In this document: piece by piece, positions 18,667 to 29,946 of the stretch | Layout: each line of letters starts with the position of its first letter | How positions within the stretch are numbered: the first letter of the stretch is position 1 | Source: Flaccisagitta enflata | Taxonomy: Eukaryota | Length of the DNA stretch: 64,000 nucleotides | Direction of reading: 5' to 3' | Assembly (NCBI GenBank): GCA_965153355.1 | Contig: OZ231126.1 | Location: 17,918,001 to 17,982,000, forward strand | The notes under the pieces: model-generated | The model's input: the letters and a program-made list of their open reading frames with translations, nothing else | Told to the model about the DNA's origin: nothing | Databases searched by the model: none | Position numbers and translations under genes: made by a program

Positions 18667-21600
18667 GATATTATTGTTGGTCTTTAACACAATTAAAAAA
18701 CGACTTACAGGTAATGGCCTTGTTTTTTTTTTCTTCTCTATTTTTGTTTTCAACATAACATTTTTGTAGTCATATTGCGATTGCTGTAGCATCTTCATTC
18801 CTGAATAATGAGCATGTGTATGTTGCAACCTAATAACTCTTAAAAAGGTTGCGTCCCTCCGTCTGTAAGTGTTCAAAAGACTTACACCTGCCTGACATAT
18901 AGGCGGAAAAATACTTAAGCAAAAGAACAAAAACTGTACTTCTAGTTGGCCCAGTAAGATGAAATCTTAACTGTAGTGTCCTAACACATTTGAGATACTA
19001 CAGTAGAAATTTCATCAAACTGGCTTGACTAGAAGTATGGTTTTCAAACATTAGGCCCTCTAGTGTTTCTCTGCACGCGACTCTACAACCCGCTTTCTCC
19101 ATCCGCCGGTTGGTCAGTCGGTCGGTCCCCATTTTATTTTCTTTTAAGATTTTATTTCTTTAACGTCACTGCTCTTGCCTAAATGGTCTAGTGACCTCAA
19201 ATATGGCCCCTGCCCACCCGCACTATAACTATCTCTGTCTGTTGGTCGGTCGGTTGGTCACGCATGAGTTGAAAATCTCTGAACAAAGCAAAAGTCACTG
19301 GAAATGATTCAGAAATATGATATGATGATTTTTTGGTGCGCCATTGCACCTCTATAAGAGGCTCTGTCCATCTGTCCATCTCTCCGTCGGTCATGCTCGA
19401 ATGAAAAATTGCTAAAAATGTTTGAGATCAATTGAAAGCTCATTTCGTTCATCATTGATGGTACTCGTCATTTCATCCACCTAAGTAATCAGCTATGGTT
19501 AGGCCTGATAGAGCTGGGGATAGGTCTGATATAAATGGTGATAGGTCGTATCGGTCTAATAGAGCTGGGGATAGGTCTGATAGAGCTTGGCATAGGTCTG
19601 ATAGAGCTCTGGATAGGTCTGATAGACCTAGGGATAGTTCTGGTAGAGCTAGTGATAGGTCAGAGAGGTCTCATAGAGCTCAGTACAGGTCTGATAGAGC
19701 TAGGGATAGGTCTGATAGAGCTAGGGATAGGTCTGATGGAGCTAGGGATAGGTCTAAGAATTAATAACGCTCGGCGCACCGTCTTGGCCCGTGTATCCGG
19801 CCTAGTTACATGGGAGGCCCTTGAGGGTCAGAGTTTTTTAAACGCCAAAATGGGGAAAATAAGGAAATGGGGAAACGCCAAAATGGAGGTAAGGTCTCTG
19901 GTTGGGTGGGATGATTGATGGTCCCAATCAAGATATGATAACTGAGAGGCGTGATTCTGAGGCCTGATAAGGGAGGGACAGACAAACAGATGAATGGATG
20001 AACTGTCAAAAGAGCAAATATAAAGAACAAATAATCGAACAAACCGAAGTCCCCCTGTGTTCTACAAGACTTAGACTCAGCTGCCAAAATACTCATAATT
20101 TTGGTCATTTCCAGCTATTTCTGATTTGGATACCCTAACGAAGCCCCTGGTTGCCAACCCCTAAAAAGACCAATAACCTTTGTTACTCTTCCATTTACCA
20201 AATGAAAGTTTTCTGACAGCAAAGTTCTTTTTGGGCAGTGGCCCTATAGGGCCGATGACCTTTAAGATACAGGGGGTGAATTTCTAGACCTCTCTCAGTC
20301 TGTCCTTCTATCCATGTATCCCATTTTGGCCATTGGGGCTTCAAATCAGCTCTCTCAAGCCTTATTTTGGCCCTCTAAGCCCTCAAATTAGCTTTTACAG
20401 ACCTCAACTAAGCTCTCAAGATCACAAATCTGCCCTCCAGGCCTCAAATCAGCTCTTCAGGCCTCAAACATGCCCTGTAGATCACAAGCCTGCCCCCCAG
20501 ACCTCAAATCATCCCTCAAGATCAAAAATCTGCCCTCTACTATCTTGGAAAAAAGTTTATCGCATTGTTGAAGCAAGCTTATCTACTCTTAACATTTTTG
20601 CAGTTAAAAAAATATGGTTAGACTTAGAAAAATATGTTGAGTGGCATATGAAAGATTTTGTAAAGTATTTTCAAAATATAACTATTTGCTTATTTTCATG
20701 ATACTCCATAAACTATATGAACATTAACATAAGATGCGATAAACTTACTTCCAAGGTAGTAGACCTTAAGTTGGCCTTCAAAAACCTCAATCAGTCTTCT
20801 TAGGCTTGATGTATTCACCCTTGTGTCTTACAGGACGTTGGCTCTTTAGGGCCCCTGCCCTGCTCTCACTGCACTCCACAACTTCATTTGATCATGCTAA
20901 GCATTGAGAACATGACTAAAACTCATAGTATTGGTCTTTATGATATATTTCGGCAATTCTATGTCCCTTAGAGAGCCCCTTTTACAATCCTCAAGGGGCC
21001 CCTTCCATTTTGCTTTTCCATTTTTCACATACCATTATCAAATCTCTTTCAAACAAAACCAATTCCATGTCTTTCATAAATCCATTTAGAAATCAAAAAG
21101 AAGACAAGGTGTGCTGTAAAAAGATCGATTAAGGTGAATTTACCCAGATCGGCGATGTACTCATTTGCATATTGCGGTCAACGACTGTTAATTAAGACCC
21201 CTAAAATTCAATCTGAAATGATTTTTTCACAACCCTTTGACTATGCGACATAAAAATCTACTTGGCAAGAATTCATTCAATGGAATTTATCACTCCTTTG
21301 TAGCTACCAAGGCAGATTGCGACAATTGATGAGATTTTCACCATTTCATGCTCGATACGGGACCCCAAATGGCTTAGGAAGCCTCAGTATTCATAATTAT
21401 AGGTCATTAGGCAATGAGGAGTGTAAAGGAGGACAGGAATGATCATGTTTGAGAGGCTGAATCATTGTATGAGAGATTTTACAGCTTTAATACCCTTAAA
21501 CAGCCACCAAAATGGTGAAAATATGTCAAAATATGTAGTTATGCCATTTCAGGGCCGTGGTGGTGGGGTGCCCGTACATTTGACAGCCTCGAGACTGTCA

Positions 21601-21682
21601 CCATTGGCTTCAGCACAAAAAATGGGGGTAGTGGGGTCGTTTTAATCAATATTTTCTACATTTTGGTCCTTTCTGGACCCCT
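17779..21682. mobile_element. Non-autonomous TIR element, possibly Kolobok-type (AGGGG termini, TTAA/TTAT flanks)
   Basis: Imperfect ~150-bp inverted ends AGGGGTCCAGAAAAGACCAAA... / ...TTTGGTCCTTTCTGGACCCCT. Removing the element rejoins the host HINE microsatellite (GTAT/GTCC). Confidence 0.6.
19500..19756. repeat. 21-bp tandem repeat GATAGGTCTGATAGAGCTAGG inside a degenerate HINE
   Basis: About 12 visible units; the host element ends GGCCCGTGTATCCGGCC at about 19802. Confidence 0.85.
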
Positions 21683-23103
21683 TTATGTATGTATGTCCGT
21701 CCGCATGTACGTCCCCCACCATCCTCAGGGCTTCGTCTCCTTTGGGGCCCATTCTGACCTAAATTCTGCTAAATAGCCCAAATCAAAGCAATATGGCCCA
21801 AATCAAAGCAAAATGGCCCAAATCAAAGCAAAATGCCCTAATTTCAAGCAAAATGGCCTAAATCTAGCAAGAAAACCCCAATTCTGGCCTGAGGTCCATC
21901 ATTTCTGACCCAAATTCTACTAAATAGCCCAAATCCAAGCAATATGGCCCAAATCTGAGCAAAATGGCCAGAAATCCAAGCATAATGGCCCAAAGTCAAG
22001 CAAAATTGCCCAAATCTAGCCTGAAAACTCCAATACTGGCCTGAGGTCCCTCATTTTGGCCCCTTAAACCGATATTGTGGCCTCCGATATCTAGGTTATG
22101 ACCAGATTTGGACCATTTTGCTTGGATATGGGCCATTATGGGTCACGTTGCTTGGATTTGGGCTTTTTGGCAGAAAGGAAAGACAGACGGACGGATGGAT
22201 AGACGGAAGGTTGGATGGACGGGCAGATTTCCTCTGTGTTCTACAAGACTTCGTCCCCTTCGTGCCCTTCCAGGCTGCTGCCCTGCTCCCCTTCAATTTA
22301 AATCACACTCTACTCAAGCAGGGCACGGGTACCGCTGACCATTTACTGCCTTTGGGCTGCTATTTTTAGTCGCGTGCACGCGACTCTACATTTCGCTTTG
22401 TCCGTCTGTCCGTCGGTCGGTTGGTCGGTCACATTTTACTTTTTTTATGATTTTCATTTTTGGTCCTCACTGCTCCTGCCCAAATGGTCTAGTGACCTCA
22501 AATATGGCCCCTGCCCACCCGCACGCGACTTTGGTAGCCGTGTATTCGGCTTTGTTTTCTAGTAAATGATTCCGTCTACGTAGACCTGACATAATGGGGG
22601 CACTTATAGCTCCGACTCGGACAATGTCAGGCCCAAAGATGTGATAATTGGGATTTATCAATATTTGGAACAGACTTGCTCTATTTTTTTTAGAATCAAA
22701 TCCACTTTGACTTACCCATGGCATGTTCTTTGAGAATAACGCTCAATTGGCAGTTGCTAGGGAACTGGCCTTTAGCATAAACAAAATCTTTAGTCGCGTA
22801 CACGCGATTCTACAACCCGCTTTGTCCGTCCGTCCGTCCGTCCGTCCGTCCGTCCGTCCGTCCGTCCGTCCGTCCGTCCGTCCGTCGGTCGATCACTTTT
22901 TACTTTTTTTTGTGATTTTATTTCTTTGACCCCACTGCTCCTACCCTATTGGTCTAGTGACCTTAAATATGGCCCCTGCCCACCCGGACGCGACTTTGGA
23001 AGTCGTGTATCCGGCCTTGTTTGAAAACATGGTGTGGTAAAGTTGTAGCAGATTATTGGTGCAAAACAATGTGTCCGCAGATATTAATTATAATCATAAT
23101 GAA

Positions 23104-23233
23104 AACAAGGCCAAGTAGGCCAATAGGTGCGACGTGTGAATCGTTGAACAAATGCGTTATCTACAGACAGACAGACCAACCAACCGACCAACGGACAGAG
23201 CCAGTTATAGAGGTGCTTTGTCGCACCTAAAAA
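23104..23233 (-). mobile_element. Short HINE (AGGTGCGAC family)
   Basis: 5' TTTTTAGGTGCGACAAAGCACCT, 3' GTCGCACCT then GGCCTACTTGGCC TTGTT. Related copies at about 54513-54680(+) and 57220-57325(-). Confidence 0.8.
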
Positions 23234-23615
23234 GTGTCGTCTTCTCACATTTACAAGCGAACATCTCGTCACCATGCACGCCCCCATTTTCTCAAGTCTA
23301 GAGGACCAACAGACCGACGGACTAAAGGATATAACTGGTTATAGAGTTACATTTACATTAACATTTACATTTAATTACTTATTGCTTAGGCCATTAGCTT
23401 TCAAATGAACCAAGCGTATAGTTCTTCAGCTAGACAGTGTAAATGTAGGAGCCCCTCCTTCTTTCTTTCTTTCTTTATACTCGTACAGACCCTATCGATG
23501 TCAAATGAACTGCAAAATGAAGGGGGAAACGCACTTTGAGAGGAATTTCTTTTCATCTTACAAATTTGTTTGTGTCTCAAACATAGACGAATGTAACTCT
23601 CGTGATATGTCATTG

Positions 23616-23812
23616 TCAGTCAGAAGTGGCAGCTTTTTCACAAACAGCTCTGCGTTTGGTATCAGAACAGTCTTCATCTTCCCAATTTCCCCTCGATCCA
23701 TATCCATATCTAAAGGTGAGGCAACCTTCGTTGGAAGACGATGGACCATAATCCCATCTTCTGTCCTTTGTACTCAGACGCCTTCCATTGATCCATCGCC
23801 AACGACCAGACG
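23616..23812 (-). CDS. Lectin gene exon 8 (CTLD2 end, stop)
   Basis: ASGRWRWINGRRLSTKDRRWDYGPSSSNEGCLTFRYGYGSRGNWEDEDCSDTKRRAVCEKAATSD*; TTCAG| acceptor; frame of ORF 23616..23834. Confidence 0.9.
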
Positions 23813-26800
23813 CTGAATTGGAACAAAAGTACATTACTAAAGATCATTAATTACTCTCTGTTGTACATTGAACATAATTGAATCATAACAAAACGAGTTA
23901 AACGACATTATCAGTATTGTCGTTTAAATGAATAAGATTAAGTAGAATAAAATACCAATAGCATGTAGGAGCTTGCTCGCTGTGTATTCTCTGCCCAATT
24001 CTATTCCAAAGAGGACTACTGGTTCCTCAACGTTTCTATGATATCGACCACAGAAAATACTACCTAGCTCATAAATATACGGACACTTGAAAATAAGCAT
24101 CAACTTTAGAAAGGTGCTGCGCCTAAGCAAAATAAGTTACTGACCCCAGATTGGTCGCATTTGAAAGTTCTTAAACAACTCTTTGAAATGAGCTTAATCT
24201 GGTGTCAATAACTCAATTTGTTTAAGGGCAGCACCTCTCTTAAGTTGATGCTACTTTTCAAGTGTCCGTATATTTATGAGCTAGATGGTATGCAAATTAG
24301 TAAATGCATATGTATGGCTCTCTCCGTCTTAGGATTATTTTACAGTATAGTATAGTCACGTATAGTCACGTATAGTCACGTATAATCACGTCTGTACGAT
24401 TCAACACAGGAACTATCAATGAGAAAATTTGTGTCGGAAAAGTAATTCCATCTATGTATAATGTATTCTCCTATATTTCTATCATAGTTCATCTTAAAGG
24501 CCTGTTTATAATTGAGTAGTTTAACAATTTAACACTATTAGAACCTGAAGAATACTGTTTTATTGCTTTATGGGGAAGAAAATCATATATTTTGTATCGC
24601 GACGAGAGAAAATAAAAGGTTCACTAACTACAAACAATACATTAGCGTCTTTTCAATCTTAAAAGCAACCAAATACTGACGATATGCTCAAAATAACAAA
24701 CATGGGGCTTCCGTTTGAGATGAATTTAGTACAATAATTGGGTGATTCTGTCTACCTGCAGATGCTCCCATGAAAATATTTTCATACATATGAACTTTGC
24801 CAAACTTCTTCATTGACTTCAAAAGAAACTTCCATTCAGCATCAGAATTGATGACAACCAAATCACCTATTGTAAAAAAATGAAGTCAAGGTTTATGTTT
24901 CAAAGCACTGCACGACTGTAAGTAATGTCCGCCTGTCTGTCAGCCAAAAAATATGAATATCATTGATCATTATATATCAATCTGCGATGGTCGGCTACCA
25001 GAGCAGGGACTGCTAACCCCAATCTATCTCCCAACAAATATGATGTCCCAACAAAAATTTACTGTGGAAATTATAACCAGTGATTACTTTTAGCGTAAAA
25101 TCTTTATCAGTGAGACCGTTGAGATAAATTTCTGTTCATAAACAATTGACAAACAATATCAAATATAGTAAAAGCTTGATACAATTTCCTAATTGAGATT
25201 GATAGCCCGGTAGATGCAACTAACACAAATCAATAGCCTAAGTTCTTTACCAGTAATGGCGGCTGTCGCCGTGAGGAAAAAAGTCGTAAGCATTGGTCAC
25301 TTTTCACTAAGCTTTTGTCTTCAGTCACTGCAAATGTTTTTATTTGTTTGATCAAATCAAGAGCAATTGTATGTATTGAAAATGCACTGAAAATGCACTG
25401 AAAACCAGAAAAAAAAAGGACTGAGCCAAATGAGCTAGATGAGCTAAGATGCTCAAAATCACTAAACCAGACAACCAGCTGTGCTCACTGACATGCTTTC
25501 TTGTACCTGCATGCTCACATCAAAACATTTATTTATCCCATTAAAAATTTAAGAAAAGATTGAACTAAATGAGCTAAAAGAGCTATGATTCTCAAAAACA
25601 TCCTCACAGGTGAGCAGCTATGCTCAATAACATGTTTTCTTGTACTTGCATGCTCAAACAAACATACATACACTCTTTTATTGATCCTACTTACTACCTA
25701 GCTCATAAATATACGGACACTTGAAAATAAGCATCAACTTTAGAAAGGTGCTGCGCCTAAGCAAAATAAGTTACTGACCCCAGATTGGTCGCATTTGAAA
25801 GTTCTTAAACAACTCTTTGAAATGAGCTTAATCTGATGTCAGCAACTCAATTTTTTAAGGGCAGCACCTCTCTTAAGTTGATGCTACTTTTCAAGTGTCC
25901 GTATATTTATGAGCTAGATGGTAAAATCATAAAAGAATTGAAAAAATTCATTTTGAATTTTTTGTAAATAAATCTTTAAAAAAATATAACGCAAAAAATA
26001 TTTGTCGTAGACTATTCTGCTTGGCGCCAAATGAAAGATAATTATGAAGTTAACTTACCCTATCAATTTCATTGGAAGCCTCAATCGCTCGATCGAGTTT
26101 CAAAACTTTTGCATAAGAAAATGAAAACCATGTTTCTCTCGATTATGTCAACAAGTTGAAGACTGACTTCGACTTTTTTCCCGATCACCTCCATCTGCTT
26201 GACAGTTTTCCCGCGAAGCATTCCAGAGTTTCTTTTTGGGCGTTACTGAGTAAACTGATCCTCTAAACGAGCCAATTTTTTCTGGACCTGAATTTCATTA
26301 TTTAGCTTCTACTAAAATCACCGTTAAGACCACCATGACGGTCGACCATTTTTTTCTTAAATTTCCCTAAAAAAAATTTAGTGATAAGGTCATGAGTTTC
26401 TGTGTTCAAACCAGTATCTGTTTGCCCGCTGTGATAGTGAGAAGTATTTTTAAAAAATTGATCTTTGTTTCTGCCCTCATGGCCAAAGAGCGGAAAACAA
26501 GCCCAATAGGGCAACGATGCGTCCTCTGGTGAGGTCTGGGCTACTATTCAATTGTGGCAGTAAGCAAGGTCAACAGATCTGCTTGGTAAAGCTATAAGAT
26601 CAGTGCTTTGAAGAGTTTTGCAAACTGCAGTGCTTGTCTTAGACATTTCTCATCACGCTCTCAAGGATGCGTTATGAACAAAACGTTAAAATATTATCAA
26701 GCAAAAGTCAACCAGCAACCAATGAAATAGTATTTCATGATATGAATAGGTAAATACACTTTGAGAGCGGTAGCAGAACTTTCATTATCTTATGGAATGA

Positions 26801-29800
26801 AATGCAAAAGGATTAATTTTAAAAAAATTGAATTCTAGAGGTGGGAGGGACGGGGGCATAATCAAGTCTATTAGGGGTGGATGGTGAGTGATTGGAGATG
26901 GATACGCGGGATTTTTGAGGTATGGGTCACGGACGGACGGACGAACCCTCTTATAGAGATGCGAGGACGCATCTAAAAACCTGGACGGCGCAGAGTCGGT
27001 TGAAACATTGATTTCTGAAAATTGAAAGTTGATAATTCGAAACACGAGATAGAGTGAAAAGCTTTTTTTGTTTTGAATTCCCCGTACCTTCAGGGTTCAG
27101 GGGTGGCATGACAACAGAACTTGGAACCTCGCAAATGAAATAATTCGATCGTCTGCATTTTGTTTTGTCCCATTCGTGGTCTTCATACAGCCTCCAAGCT
27201 GCCAGCATCAAACAATATGGTTCATCACCGTCGTAACGTTGAAAATTTCTTGTGTCATTCGTTTTTGAAAGAAGGGCCTTCAAATCAAGGCTGGCACCAT
27301 TGACCCAAAACCAGTTTTTTTCATCGTCTGACGCGTAAATTGATTAAGAAGTTTGTTATAATACCTCTTTTGGATATGTATCATTTATGATGAATGCTGC
27401 TGATGAGATGAGCAAGCTAACACCTATGTTGGCTTAGAAATGACTAAGCATTAAATTAAGAAATCATTCGATTTTTAGTCGCGTCCACGCGACTTAGTTA
27501 TTAACCTGTTATGTCTGTCAGTTAGATGGTTGGTAAAATGGTCGGTCGGATAGTTGGTCCATAACACTTTATTTTAATCAGACAAGCAGTCCTGTGTCTC
27601 AAATACACTTTAAAATCTATTCCACTACAAGGAAATGGGTATTATATCTGCGAAATGGGTATTATACCTGCGAATTGAAGAAATCATAATTTCTGATAAG
27701 CAACGCAAAATAAGCAATCGCAAAAAAATAGATATCTGAGACTTTGCATTCTAATGATGGTCGATGGTCGATGGTCGATGGTCGATGGTGGATGGTGGAT
27801 GGTCGATGATCGATGGTTGATGGTTGATGGTCGATGGTCGATGGTGGATGGTCGGTGGTGGTGGTAAATGGTCGATGGTCGATGGTCGATGGTCGATAGT
27901 CGCTGATCAAGGGTCGATGGTCGATAGTCGATGATCAAGGGTCGATGGTCTAGGGTCGATGGTTGAGGGTTGATAGTCGATGGTGGATGGTGGATAGTCG
28001 CTGATCAAGGGTCGATGGTCGATGGTCGATGATCAAGGGTCGATGGTCTAGGGTCGATGGTTGAGGGTCGATAGTCGATGGTGGATGGTGGATAGTCGCT
28101 GATCAAGGGTCGATGGTCGATGGTCGATGATCAAGGGTCGATGATCAAGGGTCGATGGTCGATGGTCGATGGTCGATGGTCGATGGTCGATGATCAAGGG
28201 TCGATGGTCTAGGGTCGATGGTTGAGGGTCGATAGTCGATGGTGGATGGTGGATAGTCGCTGATCAAGGGTCGATGGTCGATGGTCGATGATCAAGGGTC
28301 GATGATCAAGGGTCGATGGTCGATGGTCGATGGTCGATGGTCGATGATCAAGGGTCGATGGCCGACGGTCGCCGGTCGATGGCCGATGGTCGATGGGCCT
28401 TACGATTGTGGATGGTGAAACGGATCGTGATTATGATTGTGATCGTGATTATTCTCTCACAATTCTACCAATACTTCCGGTCTTTTTAGTCGCGTGCCAC
28501 GCGACTCTACACCCCGCTTTGCACGTCTGCCCGTCCGTCCGTCAGTCGGTCGGTTAATCCCCATCCTGTTTTTTTTTTTTGGCGTTTTTAAATGTTTTGA
28601 GCTCACTGCTCCTGCCTAAATGCCCCAGTGACCTTCTCCATCACTGCCCCTGCCCACTTGCACGCGACTAAGGTAGCCATGTATCCGGCCTTGTTTGATT
28701 AAAAGAGCGATTTCGATGTTGATGTCAATGTCTTTGAGGCTTACTAGTGTATGCTCCAAGGTATATTACACGAGGTTGCGCCCATTTTGGTGCAGCTTTG
28801 ATAAGCGATCGAAGGGCGTTTTTTTCATTATCCGTCTCAAGAATGGCGAGATGACCTGTTGAATTGAGATAAAGTATCTGTCATTTTTTCCTATACAATA
28901 AGAAATTACATTGCCAAAATAATGCCGTTACAAAAGTACAGCTGGTTGGTTTTTTTTAGATGATGTGTCAGACGCTTTATGACCGCACAAACTACCAAAG
29001 CCATGGGGTGAAAAGACGACCTTACACCTCAAAAGCCATCTAAAAAAAAGGACTAAGCCAACAAATACAAGAACCGTCACTTGATAGATTTGTAACTGAC
29101 ATAACCGACTTATTTTATTTAAAGACCTTATTAGAATTAATGATTTTAATTCATAAAATGATTGAATCAGATGTATACATTCAAAAATACAGTAGCTTGA
29201 AAGACATCTCGTTTAAAACGTTGTTAGTTTAGTCCAGGATATCCTAAGAGGGGCCTTCCTAAGGTCCCTCAATCGCCAACAATCACCCAAAAATTGCTAA
29301 AATGTCTAAAAAACAAAAAGACCAAAAAAACAAAAAAAACTGCAATAACGGTCCAAACTGTGTTGAATCGAAAAAGCCGGGTTTACAGTCACGAAACACA
29401 CAAATAGAAAAAAATGGTGTTCATATCACTGCTAAGGATGATCGATAACAAGCTTGCTGGTCACTCCTTCATACTTTCATACACAATGTAAGGTAGTCCA
29501 GTGCCACGGTTAGGTCAGTCGCAACTCTCAAATTCAATGACCCAATAGGCTCAAATTGTTTCTCTTACCTCGGTAACGTTTACAAGCAGCCTTTGCATCT
29601 TTGAAGCTTTTATATTTCATGCCGAAGTAATACCTTGATTCGCCGATTGTGCCGTAATCATAGTAACCGTCTGAGATATAACAGAAACATGTTTGAAATA
29701 GTTTATTTGATATCAGTTATTTAAGAGACTGCAGTAGGGACTCGATTAAAGGGCACTGAACCTGTTGTCCAAAGGCAAAATGTTTTTAGCGTTGCCCCGC

Positions 29801-29869
29801 ACGGTAATCAAATACATACATACATTGATTGATTGATTGATTGGTTTATTGATTGAATAATTGATTGAG

Positions 29870-29946
<77 letters not shown>

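Larger units (their letters stand above)
17703..22363 (+). mobile_element. HINE (GGGCAGCGGCCC family) split by a 3.9-kb TIR element
   Basis: 5' TTTTTTGAGCAGCGGCTCCAAAGGGGACGAAGTCCTGTAGAACACAGG; inverted copy at about 22222-22283; tail GTACCGCTGACC...GCCTTTGGGC; ~20-bp repeats at 21775-22170. Confidence 0.7.

Noticed and set aside
25251-25327. AG...GT-bounded segment in lectin intron 6 as an extra exon
   Set aside because: 77 nt would break the frame and interrupt CTLD2 between two exons that join perfectly.
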